A stretch of 64,000 nucleotides of DNA, from assembly GCA_964187785.1 (NCBI GenBank), contig OZ076409.1:99450001-99514000 (forward strand), written 5' to 3'. Source of the stretch: Amphiscolops sp. MND2022 (Eukaryota). Below, one piece after another: positions 11,350 to 24,989 of the stretch. The first letter of the stretch is position 1, and each line of letters starts with the position of its first letter. The position numbers were made by a program, and so were the translations under genes. The notes below the pieces were generated by a model. It had not been told where the DNA came from. It made no database searches and saw only the letters and a program-made list of their open reading frames with translations.

Positions 11350-12446
11350 CATACGGCGGCAACTCATATCAAGCGATAACTCATATCAGGCGACAAGTCA
11401 TATCAAGTTGAAAAAGCGACAACTCATATCAAGCGACAACTCATATCAAGCGACAACTCATATCAAGCGACAACTCATATCAAGCGACAACTCATATCAA
11501 GCGACAACTCATATCAAGCGACAACTCTTATCAATCAAAACTCATATCAGAAAATTAAAGTCTGTATAAGAAAATTTTCTCAAAATAATTCATTAGATAA
11601 TTAGAGAAAATTAGGTAATTGATAAGTAATTATTAGAAATTTAAAAATAGTAACAAGAGTTCATGGTAAATATCAGTGTAATTTTGGAGTTTCTAATCGC
11701 AGTTAATTATGTTTGTTAATAATTCGTTCTCGAAGTAAAATTTAGGTATTTGTAACCTATTGGCAAATTTGATATGAGTTGTCGCTTTTTCCATATTGAT
11801 ATGATTTATCGCTTGATATGAGTTGTCACCTTTTCAAATTGATATGAGTTGTCGCCTGATATGAGTTGTCGCTTGATATGAGTTCCCTAGTTGAGACTGC
11901 AGGAACTTTTTACATGCTGCAGGCCTGTATGCAGGGTAATTGTTTATAAAACCTAGGAAATTCAGGGTAATTCAGGTGGTAAATCTTGTAGAATTACACT
12001 GCATTTTCCACTACTTCAATTAAATTTAAAAATAGATACAACATCATCACTGACACGACCTTATTGTATTTACAATTTGCTTTCTCAACTACTCATCTGA
12101 TGTGATCACCGCGTCTCAAATAGGACGATAAACATGACGGTATATTGCAGTTTATTAGGTGACTGAAGTAATTTTGCATTAAAATGGCTGTTAAACTGAG
12201 AGCAATTTATTTGCTTTTAAAATTAGAACTGCTTCTTAATGAAACCTGCAAAACTTCAAGGCGTAAAATTGCCGCCAAAACTTTGATGAATCTCTCAAGC
12301 AGCTTGATAAAAGTCGAATACAACAGGTAAATATTTTCTCATTAAAGTTTCCGTAAGAGTTTTAGAAAATCATAATAAAAGTTGCTGGCAACATTAAAGT
12401 ACATGCAAAAAGTTCAAGAAGTTTCAACAAGGGTTGTCGCTATGCC
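11350..12446. mobile_element. Foldback/Mutator-like element with inverted arrays of a 17-bp unit (AAGCGACAACTCATATC)
   Basis: About 10 units on the left arm and about 6 inverted on the right; flanking direct repeat ACTAATAGA (11341-11349, 12447-12455). Exact ends uncertain by 2 bp. Confidence 0.75.
11885..12433 (+). mobile_element. MITE with CCC..GGG termini and 2-bp TSD (CMC/EnSpm-like), nested in a foldback element
   Basis: CCCTAGTTGAGACT..AGTTTCAACAAGGG; TSD TT; interrupts the GAGTTGTCGC repeat of its host. Confidence 0.8.
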
Positions 12447-14921
12447 ACTAATAGAAATATATCAAGACTGTGAACATCAGTATACATTTCACCCTTGTTG
12501 GTCTTGATACAGTTCAGTAATAGAATCTTCTCTACTCAATTGTTTCATCCACATTGATTCTCCTCATTAACAGAGCTGGAAATCTAGAGAAAATTTCTGA
12601 TTGAAACTACCTTAAAGTACGATAGGACCAAGGAAACTCAAAAAGGTTCTGACAATGGTTACAGAAAACTAGGGACCTAAAAACTGACAACAAAATGTTA
12701 TTATAAAATTATTTAATGTAGCGTTAAATGTTTTCGGAAGATGTCCAAAGTTTAAAGTTGACTTAGAGGGCTGTTTGCTGTGAATGAGCGCAAGTAAGTT
12801 ATCTTATCCCGCTCAGCTAAAATTGTCTCCCCAATTGGTGTCAAAACTGTTCTGCAAAAACTACTTAGCGCAGTAACAGTGATGTAACTTCAGCAAACTA
12901 ATACAAAGTACAGTTCGCAAACAAAGCAAAGGTTTTGCAGCTAACTGGGAGTTAACTTCCGCTGATGTGGGGTGTTACAGAAAAGCCCCTATATAAACTT
13001 TGCTAAACGCACTTTCTGAGAATGACCGCTTTTCAAACACTCTAATGCTCTTAGTTGTCAGCACATCAATGAAATTGGCACTCTTTGGAAAAGTGAAACG
13101 AATTCGCCCGTATATGGTGAAGACGCAGGATACAGCGTTACTTGTATGGACCAGGGAACAGGTTTGCATTGATTTAGAAGTGGGCGCTAGAAAATTTGCT
13201 TTATCTTCTGAACAAAGTCGCACCCCTTATTAATTAAGTTCACCCTAGTAATTAACAGAACGCGAGGTGACATATTTGAAATGGAAATGTGAACAAGTTT
13301 GAATTTGGTTTAGAGGCTATTACAGTAGTTTGATACTTACTTCGCTTTTATTCACTTTATGTCGAGACTAACTTATTACAAGCTGGCGATTTGTAGTCAG
13401 ATGCGAAACTATGAAATGAAAACCATACGTTTCTATTCAAGTCTGTTTGTAGCTTTCTGCCTGTTTTAGCCTGAAACTTTACACAGATATAGAAACTATT
13501 ACGGAACAAAATAGCGTATTTCTTCCATTATGAGGCACACCAGATGATGTTTATTGGTCTTTTGAAACTATTCTAAAAGTGATTCTTGGCGCGTTTTGTG
13601 CCTTAGGTGGGGTGACTTTTTTGCTCAACTTCAATTGAAACCAGCGTTTTGACACCGCTAATCGGCGATTTCATTAGCGATTCAGATTAAAGGCAACTAG
13701 TAGGTTGCACAAATTCAAATTTTCCTCGGAATTGAAAATCCTCTTGCACAAAAAATCCTCTAGCGAAAATTGATTAAGTCATCATTGGATTTTGAAACAC
13801 TTGAATTCAAACATTTAATAATTTGAAGTAAACCTTTTTCAGCGAAATAGGGATTTTTAAATTAGCAAATAAGCGATTAGCGAAAAAAATTAGCTATGTC
13901 AAAAATATGCTTGAAAAGATCACTTTGTTGTCTAATGCGTTTTAATCTGTTATTGGTTTCATTTCTTCGTGGAGCAAGGCCAAATAGCATTCGGAAAGCA
14001 ATTTTAAAGGGTAGATTGTTTGAAAGGGATATTAGTTTTTAGCACCCTGTGACTTTTATGAAATCTTTTTTTTTCGCTGAAGGGTTTCTTTTTTGTTTTT
14101 TTTTTTCGATGTTAAAAAACATAGTTATAGACTACTTAGCAATTTGATCGAAGAATTGATTTGCATCATTCCATTTTCAGTTCCGCTCACAACTTGCAAT
14201 GATTACATAATTGGAGTATGTCAACAAAGCTGAATCAACCAATAAGATTTTAGGGTGCAACTTCAATTCGTCGAACATTCAAATCGTCGAAAAATGAAAA
14301 ACTATTCAATGCGTCGAAAGAATTCCATATCAGCGATTATTTTCATTTGGTTATATTTTGTGGCGATTAGCATATTTGTTGTATGGCTCCGTCGCTTCGA
14401 TCCCTTCGCCAAGTAGCAATATTGAGGCATGGCCATATGGCACGTCGCTTCGCTCCTGCATTTAGGGCACTAGGAGTACGTGAACATAGTTGACTACGTT
14501 ATCGTAGTTTTGAATGCTCGAGTTTGATCGGCCGAAATCACTTGATTCCATTTCGTCATACCATGCTCGCTATTTTAATACGTGTTCGACGAATTGAATG
14601 TTCGACGAATTGAACAGTCCCCCTTTTTAACTTGTGTAAATTTCCTAGTGGATCGATGCCGTGTGATAATACAGTTTGTAATACAACTATGTAATAATAT
14701 TGATTCTCAATTAAGTAATAAGATTTACTTATTTACACGGTGTATGCGAATCGAGTGTTGGAAATATGAATCAACCTGTGTAATTACCAGAACACACCTG
14801 TAATTATGAGATGCACAGGGTAGGTAGTAGAATTGCGTGAAAACAATTATTGTTGTAAAATAGTCAACTACTGTAAGTACCGACGGTGTAAACTGGTCAA
14901 TTTACGAAACAGTGGTAACTA

Positions 14922-15596
14922 CAGTAGTGATTCTAGAAGACTTAACATAGCACGCGGAAAGAAGGCAAATAAACAATTATCATTGGCTGGCTGATCAAGA
15001 TCTCACGTGCGCATTTCAATGTTCGAGAGCGAATTCCAAAAAATCATTTTTTACCCATACCGTTTTTTGAGTTTTGACCCACTTATAATTTTTTGATTTC
15101 AAAATAATTTTAACAGAAAAATTCTCCCAAGCATTTGCAATCTGACAATATTATTTTTTCTCGAAAATGTTCTCAAGTGTATCAGTATGAGCTTGTTTTA
15201 AAATGATAAAGCTCAAATCATATCTTAATACATGCATTTTTGAAAAGGTCTTCAGTTTAGAGCGTATTTTTTCTACCATTTCAGGATGATTTCTAAATCA
15301 AAACATATCAAGTGCTTCAGTTGAATCAGGGGAGTCGATTGCACATAAAGTTGCTCTAAAATTTCAAGCAAAAATTGACGAAATGTGAGAAAAACCTCAA
15401 TTTTGACCTAAATTTGGCTAAAAATGGCCTATCGTAACTTCTACAAATTTCATCGCATAATCTTCAAATAAACTTATTTGTAAACTAGATAAAAATCTAA
15501 GAAACTTTCATTTTCATCATTTTTCAAAAATCGCTGCTGTTTTAAAGATATTCGATTTTGAGATTTGCTTTTGTTGCTTTTGAAATATCACTACTG
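14922..15596 (+). mobile_element. Tc1/mariner-type MITE
   Basis: TA|CAGTAGTGAT..ATCACTACTG|TA; full homolog at 24363-24989 and partial one at about 37615-37910. Confidence 0.85.
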
Positions 15597-15686
15597 TAGT
15601 GTAACGACTTATCAATGCGTTTAATGTGTGACAAGCTCTCATCGGACAAAAATAAACTAGCAAAATGCAGCTAATTAGTTACCGGG

Positions 15687-15893
15687 TGTGGCATGAATGA
15701 TGATATGCCATCACACAAACTGACATGTGAAGATAGAAAAGCACAAGTCAACAACATTCAGAAGTCATGCAGCTATAATACATATATACATTACAATGAG
15801 CAAAAGTACAGTTGCTCTATTATTGAGCGAACTTTCTATTTAGCCACTTCAGTTTTAAAATACATTCTTTGAACTTTTCCTCACCCTACTTTA
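15687..15893 (+). repeat. 5' LTR of Gypsy element 1
   Basis: TGTGGCATGA...CTACTTTA, followed directly by the PBS; about 16 mismatches to the 3' LTR by manual alignment. Confidence 0.95.
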
Positions 15894-15916
15894 TGGCGCA
15901 GTCAGCATTTTGAACA

Positions 15917-18900
15917 ATGGAAAACATCAACATCAACTTCAACTCAACGGGGGGTGAACCGAATTCATCGGAACAATCAAACAGAACGAACAGCAATCAA
16001 ACAACATCGTCAGAACGGATGGAAAAAATTAAATACAAAATCCCGATTTTATCGGATAGAGAAACGGATCTCACAAAAATCAACCCCAAGATGAGGTGGG
16101 AACAAATTTCGGAATACATCCATTTGACACACAACCGCAACCTGGACGAAATCATTGACGAAGGTGTAGAAAACATGGACCCACACACAGTATACCACAT
16201 AAAAGGTGATGTTATCTGGGCACTTGGCCCGAAAGCCAAACATGAAATCATGAGAGGCCAATGGGGCCGTGAATTAAAAGACGTCCAACTACCCGAAGTA
16301 CTGACGCTATTCAAGAAAACCTTCCTTCCAGTGAGGAACGTATTCCACAGTAGAGCGCAATTTTTCAATATGAAACAGGAAGATACCGAAACACTGGATG
16401 AATATTGGAAAAGACTAGTGGACATTGAAAGAAAATGCGACTTCGGTAACATCACAGCGGAAGAAATTATCGCATATAAATTCGCCTCTACCATCAGAGA
16501 CAAAAGAGCCAGCGATAAATTCATAAAGGGCCCACTGAAGATAAAACTGGTCCTTGAGACGATTGAACTCGATAACCACAACCGAAAATACGGGGAAAAA
16601 GCCGAAAACCCAAAAAAAAACTAGAAAAGATTCATCAAACAGCTCGACATCCACAGAACTGATCGGTCACACTAACCAGTCGCGGAAACGCAAAACAAAT
16701 TTTACCGAGAAGAAGAAATTTTCAAACTACGACTGCCGCTTTTGCGGGAAACCAAACTGGTCAATGGAACACGTTTGTCCGGCACGGAAGGCCCAATGCA
16801 ACAACTGCAAGAAGATGGGACACTTCGCCTAGGTGTGCAAATCCAAAACCATTAGTCGGATAAAAGAAGTGGCTTCATCGGACAGCAGCACCGAACCATG
16901 GCCGGAGATTGATCACATTCAGTCCGTCAACGGAGTGAACCGAGTCGATTTTTACAAAACAATCCTATTGGTCCACGATCAACCAATAGAATTCATCATA
17001 GATACCGGCTCACCCGTGACGATCGTACCTCCAATAATTACACCAAAAGAAATAAAGAAAACAACAAAAACCTTCGTCGACGTGAACAAAAATCCCATCA
17101 GATTTAAAGGTGAGGCAATGGTCGAAGTGAAAACGGAGAAGAGTAAAAAAACACTGCCTATTCTCATCACAGAAAACAAAAATACACAACCATTATTGGG
17201 ATTGGATTGGCTGAACAAACTGGAAATTGGGTTACAGGGCAGCAAAAAGACGATTGTGATCCGCCACATAGAAGAAGATGAAAGACGAAAAAAAATCATC
17301 AGTGAACACGAAGATTTATTCAAAAACCACCACACCATAAAAGATCTTACAATCGACATTCAATTAAAGAAAGATGCCAAGCCCATACAACAGAAGGGAC
17401 GACCTGTCCCCATACACTTTCAAAAACGTGTCCGGAGAGAGTTAGAGAAATTAATTAAATCGGGACATCTTGAGAAAGCTGACGAGACTACAGAAAACTG
17501 TTTTACCTCTCCAGCAGTCATCACAATCAAAAAAGACAAATCCTCAAAACTGCGCTGGACTCAAGAAAGCTCAATGAGGCATGCATAAAACGAAAAGCTG
17601 CAATGCCAAACATGGCGGAACTAGTCAGTAAAAGTTCAGCCAAGATCACAGATGGCGAAGGGGAGATTTGGATGTCGGAAATCGACTTGGATTACGCCTA
17701 TGGCCAGGCAAAACTGTCAAAGGAAGCAGCCAAACACTGTGTATTTTCGAATATTGGCGGAGAATTTACTGGACATTATCGCTTCAAGAAGGGCTTCTAC
17801 GGACTATCAGATATCCCTAAAGTGTTCCAGGAACACATCGACAGAGTCCTAGAGTTCAAAACCCCAGTTTGGCTCTATGATTTTGTTTGTGTGACTAACG
17901 GCAGCATCGAAGAACACGAAAAAGAGGTACGAGAAGTCCTCATGAAATTTCAAAATGCCGGTTATCGGGCTAGTGAGAAAAAGACAGAATTGTTCAAGAA
18001 AGAAGTAACCTGGCTCGGTTATTTTATCAACCAGGACGGTGTGAAACCAATCAGAGATAAAACAGAAGCGATAACCAAACTAACTGCACCAAACAATGTG
18101 AAAGAACTAAAATCCTTCCTGGGCTCCATACAACACCTCTCCAAATTCATCAACAACCTATCAAAGAAAACTGATCGGATGAGAAGACTGCTAAAGAAGG
18201 ATGTTCGATGGGAATGGACAGCAGAAATAAACGAGGACTTCGAGAGGCTGAAGAAGGAGATAACCGAAGCCCCATGCTTAGCTCACTTCGACCCAAAAAG
18301 GGAGAACTACATCACAACAGACGCCTGCAACACCGGACTCGGTGCGACTTTGTGGCAAAAGGAAGGTGTAGTATTTAGACCCATCGCTTTCGCCAGTAGA
18401 TTTTTAACCGACTGCGAAAAAAATATGCATTAATGAGCTAGAATTATTGGGGGCTTTATGGGGATTGGAGTACTTTGGATATTACGTTTACGGTAAAAGG
18501 GTAAACTTATTGACAGACCATCAGGCGTTGCAACCATTACTGAAAAAGAACCGGGCACATAAACAATACAGCGCACGGCTGACCCGTTGGTTGGATAGAC
18601 TTAGCCATTTTGATGTTAATATTCAGTACACGGTCGGTAAAAACATACCGCTAACGGACTATCTAAGCCGTCATCCGATCGTGTCGACCGAAATCGCCGA
18701 GTTAGAAAACAAAGCGGACGGACAGAATGAAACGGAGCATGACAAAGATTTCGTCGTTAATCAAATATACGGTCTATTTGAATTCAACCGAGCGCGAGAA
18801 AGCATCAAACAATTTAGCAAACAAACTATCGAGAGAGAAAATTTCGACCAATCACAGCACAGCAAAAACGTACGCGAACGAAATCCAAATACTCATTTGT

Positions 18901-21258
18901 TTAAAACCTCACCGCCATTAAACAGTGCTAACACGGTGAATCAATTTCTGTCCAATTCAAAGAACAAAATGGACAAAGTCAATGGCATTAACATGGAATT
19001 TATCTACAAGAAAAGAGGCCACTCCCCAGAAACGAAACGCCTTTGGGTCGAAAGAAACCATATCTTGAAGCCGGATAAAACACGCATAGTGGGAAAAGGC
19101 AAAGACAGCGAACGCATACAAGAATACAGGCCGAACCAATCCGGCAGAAAGCGGATAGCAGAACTCAACATTGAAATATATAACCGTTTTTTCCAATTCT
19201 GCGAGACTCTCGGAACGACGCCCCTGTGGGAATATCAACAAAATAACAACGAGTCTTGGCTACACAACAACCAATCGGATGGAGAAAGTGAGATAAGCCG
19301 GACGAAACAGGATAAATGCCCTACGAGCGTACTAAAGAAGTTCAAGAAACACGAGACTTTAAATTTAATCAGACTCAAGCAGACGGCAAAGAAAAACTCA
19401 CCAAACATAAACCAAAACGAGAGCACCGAGGAGGCAATCAAAAGAGCCGAAAAAGATTTTGCGTTAGACCTCCCCCTTTTGGCAGACGAAACGGCACGAG
19501 ATGTAAAGATCCTGAATGCAATCGCCCCTATCGAAAAACATCAATTAGACAACATATTCTACCCATACCGTCCCCATCGATTACATCTTTCTACTCGCTT
19601 CGGACTATTATTTTACAATGATAGAATCGTAATCCGTGAGAACATGCGGACAACGGTGATAGCTATGTTACACCACGGTCATACATCAGCAGCCAAGATG
19701 GAACAACTGTCGGTAACGTTCTGGTGGCCCGGAATACAGCGCGAAATACAGGAGAAAGCTGAATCCTGCCCAAGTTGTAGAGCCGCAGGTAAGAACATTG
19801 TTACACAAATTCTGTCAACGGAAAAAAATAATTTAAAAATTTTGACCGAACCGAACCAAGAAATTCAATTGGACTTCGCTGGTCCAATCAAATCGAAAAC
19901 ACGCGGGGATGTTTATATTTTGGTAGCCATCGACCGTTTTAGCAAATGGCCAACCGCACAAATTTGTAAAAACACCGACACACGGACCGTTCTAAAATAT
20001 TCATCAAAATATTTTACGGACAACGGAACTCCACGGATAATTAGAACCGATAACGGTAGTTGCTTTAAAAGCAATGAGTTTAAACAATTTTGCGACGGTA
20101 ATAATATTAAACGTATTAGATGCACACCCAATTTACACAATGGTACCGATTTAGTCGAGCGAACCATACGGACAATTAAATCTTTTACCAGAGCAAACAC
20201 GGTAGATGGAGAAACTTTTGAAGACAGTGTACAATTAGCGATAAGAACATTTAGACAGACGCCACACAGTAGATTGAAAATGACACCTTTCCAAATGCAT
20301 TTAGGCAGAAGGCCACGCACAGCCTTGTCAAATCTTATAGATAAACCAGAGTGCCTATTATCTAATTGGAAGAAAACGATAACCCAAGTATATTTCAGCC
20401 CAACCGACGGAACTTCAAGTCGTCACTATCAACAACTCAAATGGCGAAATGGCGGACTACCTGGTCCTCAACGAAACGAGAAAAAGAGGTCGCTCGGTAA
20501 GCCGGGATTTTGAAAACTACCAATTTTACGAAAAGGAAAATAAACCAAATTCAATGAAGTGCGGTTTTAAAACAAACAAAATTTTAACAGCCGTAGCAGA
20601 AACAGATCATACTGTAACTACCTCCGAAGGGAGAGTAATACATAAAACATTGGCATCCCGACCTTTAAAATTTCAGACCTCAAGGAAGCCGGAAGAGCCG
20701 AGGAAAGCCACAAACAGATGCCGCAGGTGCGGAAAATTCAGCAGTGGTGAGCTGTGTGAGACACACCTCCGCATAAGAGCAGCCAGACAAGATGACAATA
20801 ACAACGAGCCGAGCACCAGCCACACACTCCCCACGATGCCAACCACATCAACCAAAAAGATGCGAGCATACAGCCGGGTGATTACCTACGATTCCTCCAG
20901 CCATGATTCAGAGCCAAACAGCAACCATGCGGATAATGATAGCTCCGATGAAGAAGAAGAACTTCCAGATGACACCGTCTTGCGGACCGAAATCGGACGT
21001 GAGATAGACCGAATACGGTCACAGACGCCGATGCCCGCCTTCCCAATCGGATGTAGCACCGAAATAGTCACCGAAATAGCACAACCAGACACGTCCGGAA
21101 CGCCAATTCACGGTCAGAACGCAACCGACACCGCCGAAGTAGAGCCGGATGATGCAGGTAAAGTAGAGTTGAAACCTAGAATTAGGACAGAGAATAGCCA
21201 ATCAAATTCTAACTTAGAACCGCGTAGATCCGAGAGAAAAAAACAGCCCAACGTGTAG
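15917..21258 (+). pseudogene. Disrupted gag-pol polyprotein of Gypsy element 1
   Basis: Gag with two Cys/His knuckles (CRFC..H.C; CNNC..GH..*C); protease FIIDTGS; RT IDLDYAYGQ; RNase H TTDAC and LLTDHQAL; integrase H2C2 (HHGH..CPSC) and DDE (LDFAGP, TDNG, VER). Broken by a TAG at 16830 and about four frameshifts (near 16620, 17540, 18420, 20390). Confidence 0.93.
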
Positions 21259-21416
21259 TAAAATTAGGTGTAGTTGAATATTTCTAATCGGTGTTCATTT
21301 AGGAACTTCGTACGCTTTCACCATTCCGAAGAGATATCCCATCACCCCATTTCCTCGGATAAAGAATACGAAGCCTGGACAAGAGTGGTTTCCATGAACC
21401 CCCACGGAGGAGGGAA

Positions 21417-21623
21417 TGTGGCATGAATGATGATATGCCATCACACAAACTGACATGTGAAGATAGAAAAGTACCAGTCAACATCAATTAGAAGTCATGC
21501 AGCTATAATACATATAAAAAATACGATGAGCTATAGTACAGTTGCTATATTTTTGAGCAATCTTTCTATTTAGCCACTTCAGTTTTAAAATACATTCTTT
21601 GAACTTTTCCCCACCCTACTTTA
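21417..21623 (+). repeat. 3' LTR of Gypsy element 1
   Basis: Direct repeat of 15687-15893, preceded by the polypurine tract. Confidence 0.95.
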
Positions 21624-21747
21624 CCGGGATGTGTCTCGTATTGCACAACTAAAATCTTGCAATCTAACAACAAGTTTTGATGTGTAAAAACCAGTCACTC
21701 GTATTGTTCAAAGAAATAAAAGCGAAACGATCGTAATTCACCCCATT

Positions 21748-21875
21748 CAGGGATTTATAAATATTAAATGAGTTTGCATTAAATGTCATTATATTTAATG
21801 TATTAAGTTAATGCATTGGAACCTTCATTAACATTTAATAAATGTCGAGATGCATTTAATAAATGTAAAGCCCTG
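21748..21875. mobile_element. Tiny (128 bp) hAT-type MITE
   Basis: CAGGG..CCCTG termini; perfect 8-bp TSD ACCCCATT. Confidence 0.8.
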
Positions 21876-23652
21876 ACCCCATTACTTTATCGTTGATAGC
21901 AATATCTAAAACCAGGTTTGCGACAATAGTAAAGCATCACCAATTGCAACGAAACTTGTAATCTGTTTTTTTTTCTTTTTTTGTTTCTCTTTTGTTGGCG
22001 ACTTTCGATAGCCAATCTGTTCAGTATAGGTCAAAAATTGGTTGTAACTTCTTTCAGAATTTGTTGACCTCTCTCTCCATTCGGTGTTTCATTCTGGCTT
22101 TCGGTGAGCTGTGATATGAATAAAAGTTTTGTAGAAATTTTACCATAGCCGTGGTAAGATATCCGAATGCATAACCATTGTACTTACTCACCGAAAAGAG
22201 CCGAGATCGGGCCACGAAAAGCAGAATTGTACGAAGAAGATTGAGTTCTGAACGGTACAAACTTGTTCAACATTTTCGCTCACAAATGCAATTCAAGAAC
22301 CAATCCAAGCTCAAACATATAGATCATGCTGTTATTTCTGCACAAAAAAAATATTCTTAGTTCGACACATTTTTGCTGTCATTTTTTCTGAAGATTTATT
22401 TTCTGAAATAATACAAAATCAATAAAAAAGACGAGAACGTCTCAAGTCGGTGCCCCGCTTAAGGCTCCAAAAGATGGAAGTAAATCGAATTATTTCGAAA
22501 ATCATTCGATTTCGAACCAAATCATTATTTCGAACCAAAATCATTTCGAAATTGCTTAAAGGTTGTTTTCATGGAAATTCTGAGAAACATCACAGCCGAA
22601 AGACCCCTTCTTGCTTGAAAAGACTTTTTATCACCTCAAAATTTCAAAAAAAACAAAGGAGACCCTTTGGGAAAATTATGAAACTTCTCAAAAAAGTCGC
22701 ATAGTGCCGAAAAAACCCAAAGGTGGGAAGCTTCGTACTTTTTTCTGTTTCGTTGATGATGTAAAAGTGAGGAGAATTTAAAGAGAACCCTTTAGCACCA
22801 GTTAGTACCCTTAAATCATTAGCCAAACAATTGTAAAAAGTGGACTTTTCAGAGTGGAAACTGTTATGCTGCAGAAATAACTTGTCACTGTAAGAGTCTG
22901 AAACTTTTTCTTACAAAAAGCGCCAATAAAAATCAAGTATTTTCAGGTTTAAATTTGATGAAAATTGTTTTTGTCAAAACAAATCGCAGACAGAAGCTGC
23001 GTAGTTTTTACATAATGTCAAGCTTCGGGCATTCGTGGAGCGAAACGGGGTAAAAACGTCATTCGTCAGATCTTGGAAGTCAAAATTCCAAAATTTTCCA
23101 CTCATGAAAATCCAGATGTTGAAGGATTCATACTTACTGTTCGACGAAATGGAATCTTGGAATTGGCCAAAATCATTTGAAAAAAATCATGAAATTGTTG
23201 ACATAATCGTTGAAAAATCATGGGAAAATTAAGGAAATGTTAGCATAATTATTGGAAAATCATAGGAAATCGTGAAACTAATAACATAATCATTGAAAAA
23301 TGATTGAATCTTTAGAGGGTATGGCCGATATAAGGACCAATTCCTTATAAAATCGTTCAGCGGCAAGATCGTGACAAGAACGGTCAGAAATTTTCCATGA
23401 ATGTTGGCAAAGTTTCTATATTTTTTACACTAGGAATAGTAAATACAGATGTCTAAAATGTTCGTATACATGATAACATGGAAGAAAACAAAGACATGCG
23501 TTCTGTTAATTGACTCGCGAACACGCGGATGAGAAAGTTAGCACGGTGGCTGGTGTGGGGGGGTATAAGACAGTCGTATGCCCAACCCCCCCCCCCCTCC
23601 ATTAGAGAACGAGAGGAGGGCAGGCAGCACCCTGAAGTGACAAACACCTTAC

Positions 23653-23706
23653 CAGTTGGAGTGGATTGCAAAGTGGTTGTGGTGCTTTTCTCTCGCCCAG
23701 GAATCA
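23653..23706 (-). CDS. SDC: Syndecan-like gene, short Thr-rich stalk exon (alternative acceptor would start it at 23721)
   Basis: CTG|GTAAG donor. Acceptors tgtctAG (54 nt exon) or tatcAG (69 nt exon), both phase 1 to 1. Encodes (V)IPGREKSTTTTLQSTPT and joins in frame to the last exon. Confidence 0.68.
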
Positions 23707-24362
23707 CTAGACAGACAACAACTGATAATTATACTGACGAAATCGAAAAAAAAACTTATTGGCTTTTTCATGAAAATGTAATCTACATTCAAAAACAGGC
23801 TAGTTAGGACGTTTGGATGGTCCCTACTACGTTTTCATCATTTCTGTATAACCTCGACTGTGATTTCGTCCTCAAATGAGGACAGCGATTTTTTTGCAAT
23901 CAATAATGAATTACGAAACGCAAAAAGCATAGAGGAAAACGAAAAATTGTCGAAAAACGAATCGACAATTTATTGGACTATTGGTGAATTGTTATTTGTG
24001 TCAATATTTTTTTTCCGAGCAACTGGCAAAAAGTTAACTGGAAAAAAGTGAAAAAAAGTTCATTTCAGAAAATTCGCTTCTTCTCAATAACTGAGCAACT
24101 GTTTGCTAAGTTACTGTCCCACTCTAGTAACTAAAAATAGCCACCATTGAAAACCCATGTAGAAGTTTTTTCAATGAAGCTTCAGTTATTAGTCCAACCA
24201 ACATTTGAAAGGCCCGGCGCAGCTATTATTCGTGGTGAAAAAAGGTTTGAAAAATTGCCAACATTTTGTCAATTTTTCCACTTCTTGATGGACTGTCGAG
24301 GTTAACACTGATGATAACTCAATTGAAAGCAATTTGTAGTGTAATCATTCAACGGTAATTTA

Positions 24363-24989
24363 CAGTAGTGATTCTAGAAAAAGCAACATAGCTACGAAAG
24401 AAAACAAATAAACAAATCTCATTGGCTGATCAAGGTCTCACGCGCTCATTTCATTGGTCGAGAGCAATTTCCAAAAAGATTTTTTGATTTCAAAATAATT
24501 TTGACAGAAAAATTATCCCAAACATTTCGAATCTGACAATATAATTTTTTCTCGAAAATATTATAAATTGCATAAGTATGAGCTTGTTTTAGGTTGTTAA
24601 ACTTCGAAATCGTATCTTAATACATGTATTTTCGAAAAAGTGTCATTTTACAGCGTATTTTTTCTACCATTTTAGGATGATTTCTCAATCAAAATATATC
24701 AAGGGCTCTAGCTAAATCAGGGGAGTCGGTTGCACATAAAATTTCTTTAAAATTTCAAGCAAATGTTGACTAAAAGTGAGAAAAACCTCAATTTTGACCT
24801 AAATTTGGTTAAAAATGGCCTATCGTAAGTTTTACAATTTTCATCGAATAACCTTCAAATAAACACATTTGTAAACTAGATAAAAATCTATGAAACTTTC
24901 ACTTTTATCAGTTTTCAAAAATCGCTGCTGTATTAGAGATATTCGATTTTGAGATTTGCCTTTTGTTGCTTTTAGAAATATCACTACTG
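24363..24989 (+). mobile_element. Tc1/mariner-type MITE, second copy
   Basis: Same TIRs and TA flanks as 14922-15596; colinear. Confidence 0.85.

Larger units (their letters stand above)
15687..21623 (+). mobile_element. Full-length but degenerate Ty3/Gypsy LTR retrotransposon (Mag-like), antisense in the last syndecan intron
   Basis: Two 207-bp LTRs; 5-bp TSD CCGGG (15682-15686, 21624-21628); PBS TGGCGCAGTCAG at 15894 (matches invertebrate tRNA-Ser 3' end); PPT GGAGGAGGGAA before 21417; domain order gag-PR-RT-RH-IN. Confidence 0.97.

Noticed and set aside
11357..11550. CRISPR-like appearance of the 17-bp array (and of the 18-bp array at 59232-59475)
   Set aside because: Units are head-to-tail with no unique spacers, there are no cas genes, and the context is eukaryotic transposon DNA.
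13061..13161. Possible plus-strand exon (HINEIGTLWKSETNSPVYGEDAGYSVTCMDQGT) of a nested gene
   Set aside because: Weak splice signals, no partner exons and no recognisable motif.
15997..20320. Long antisense ORFs over the Gypsy elements (also 41430-42158, 43453-44016)
   Set aside because: Shadow frames of gag-pol coding sequence with no independent motifs.
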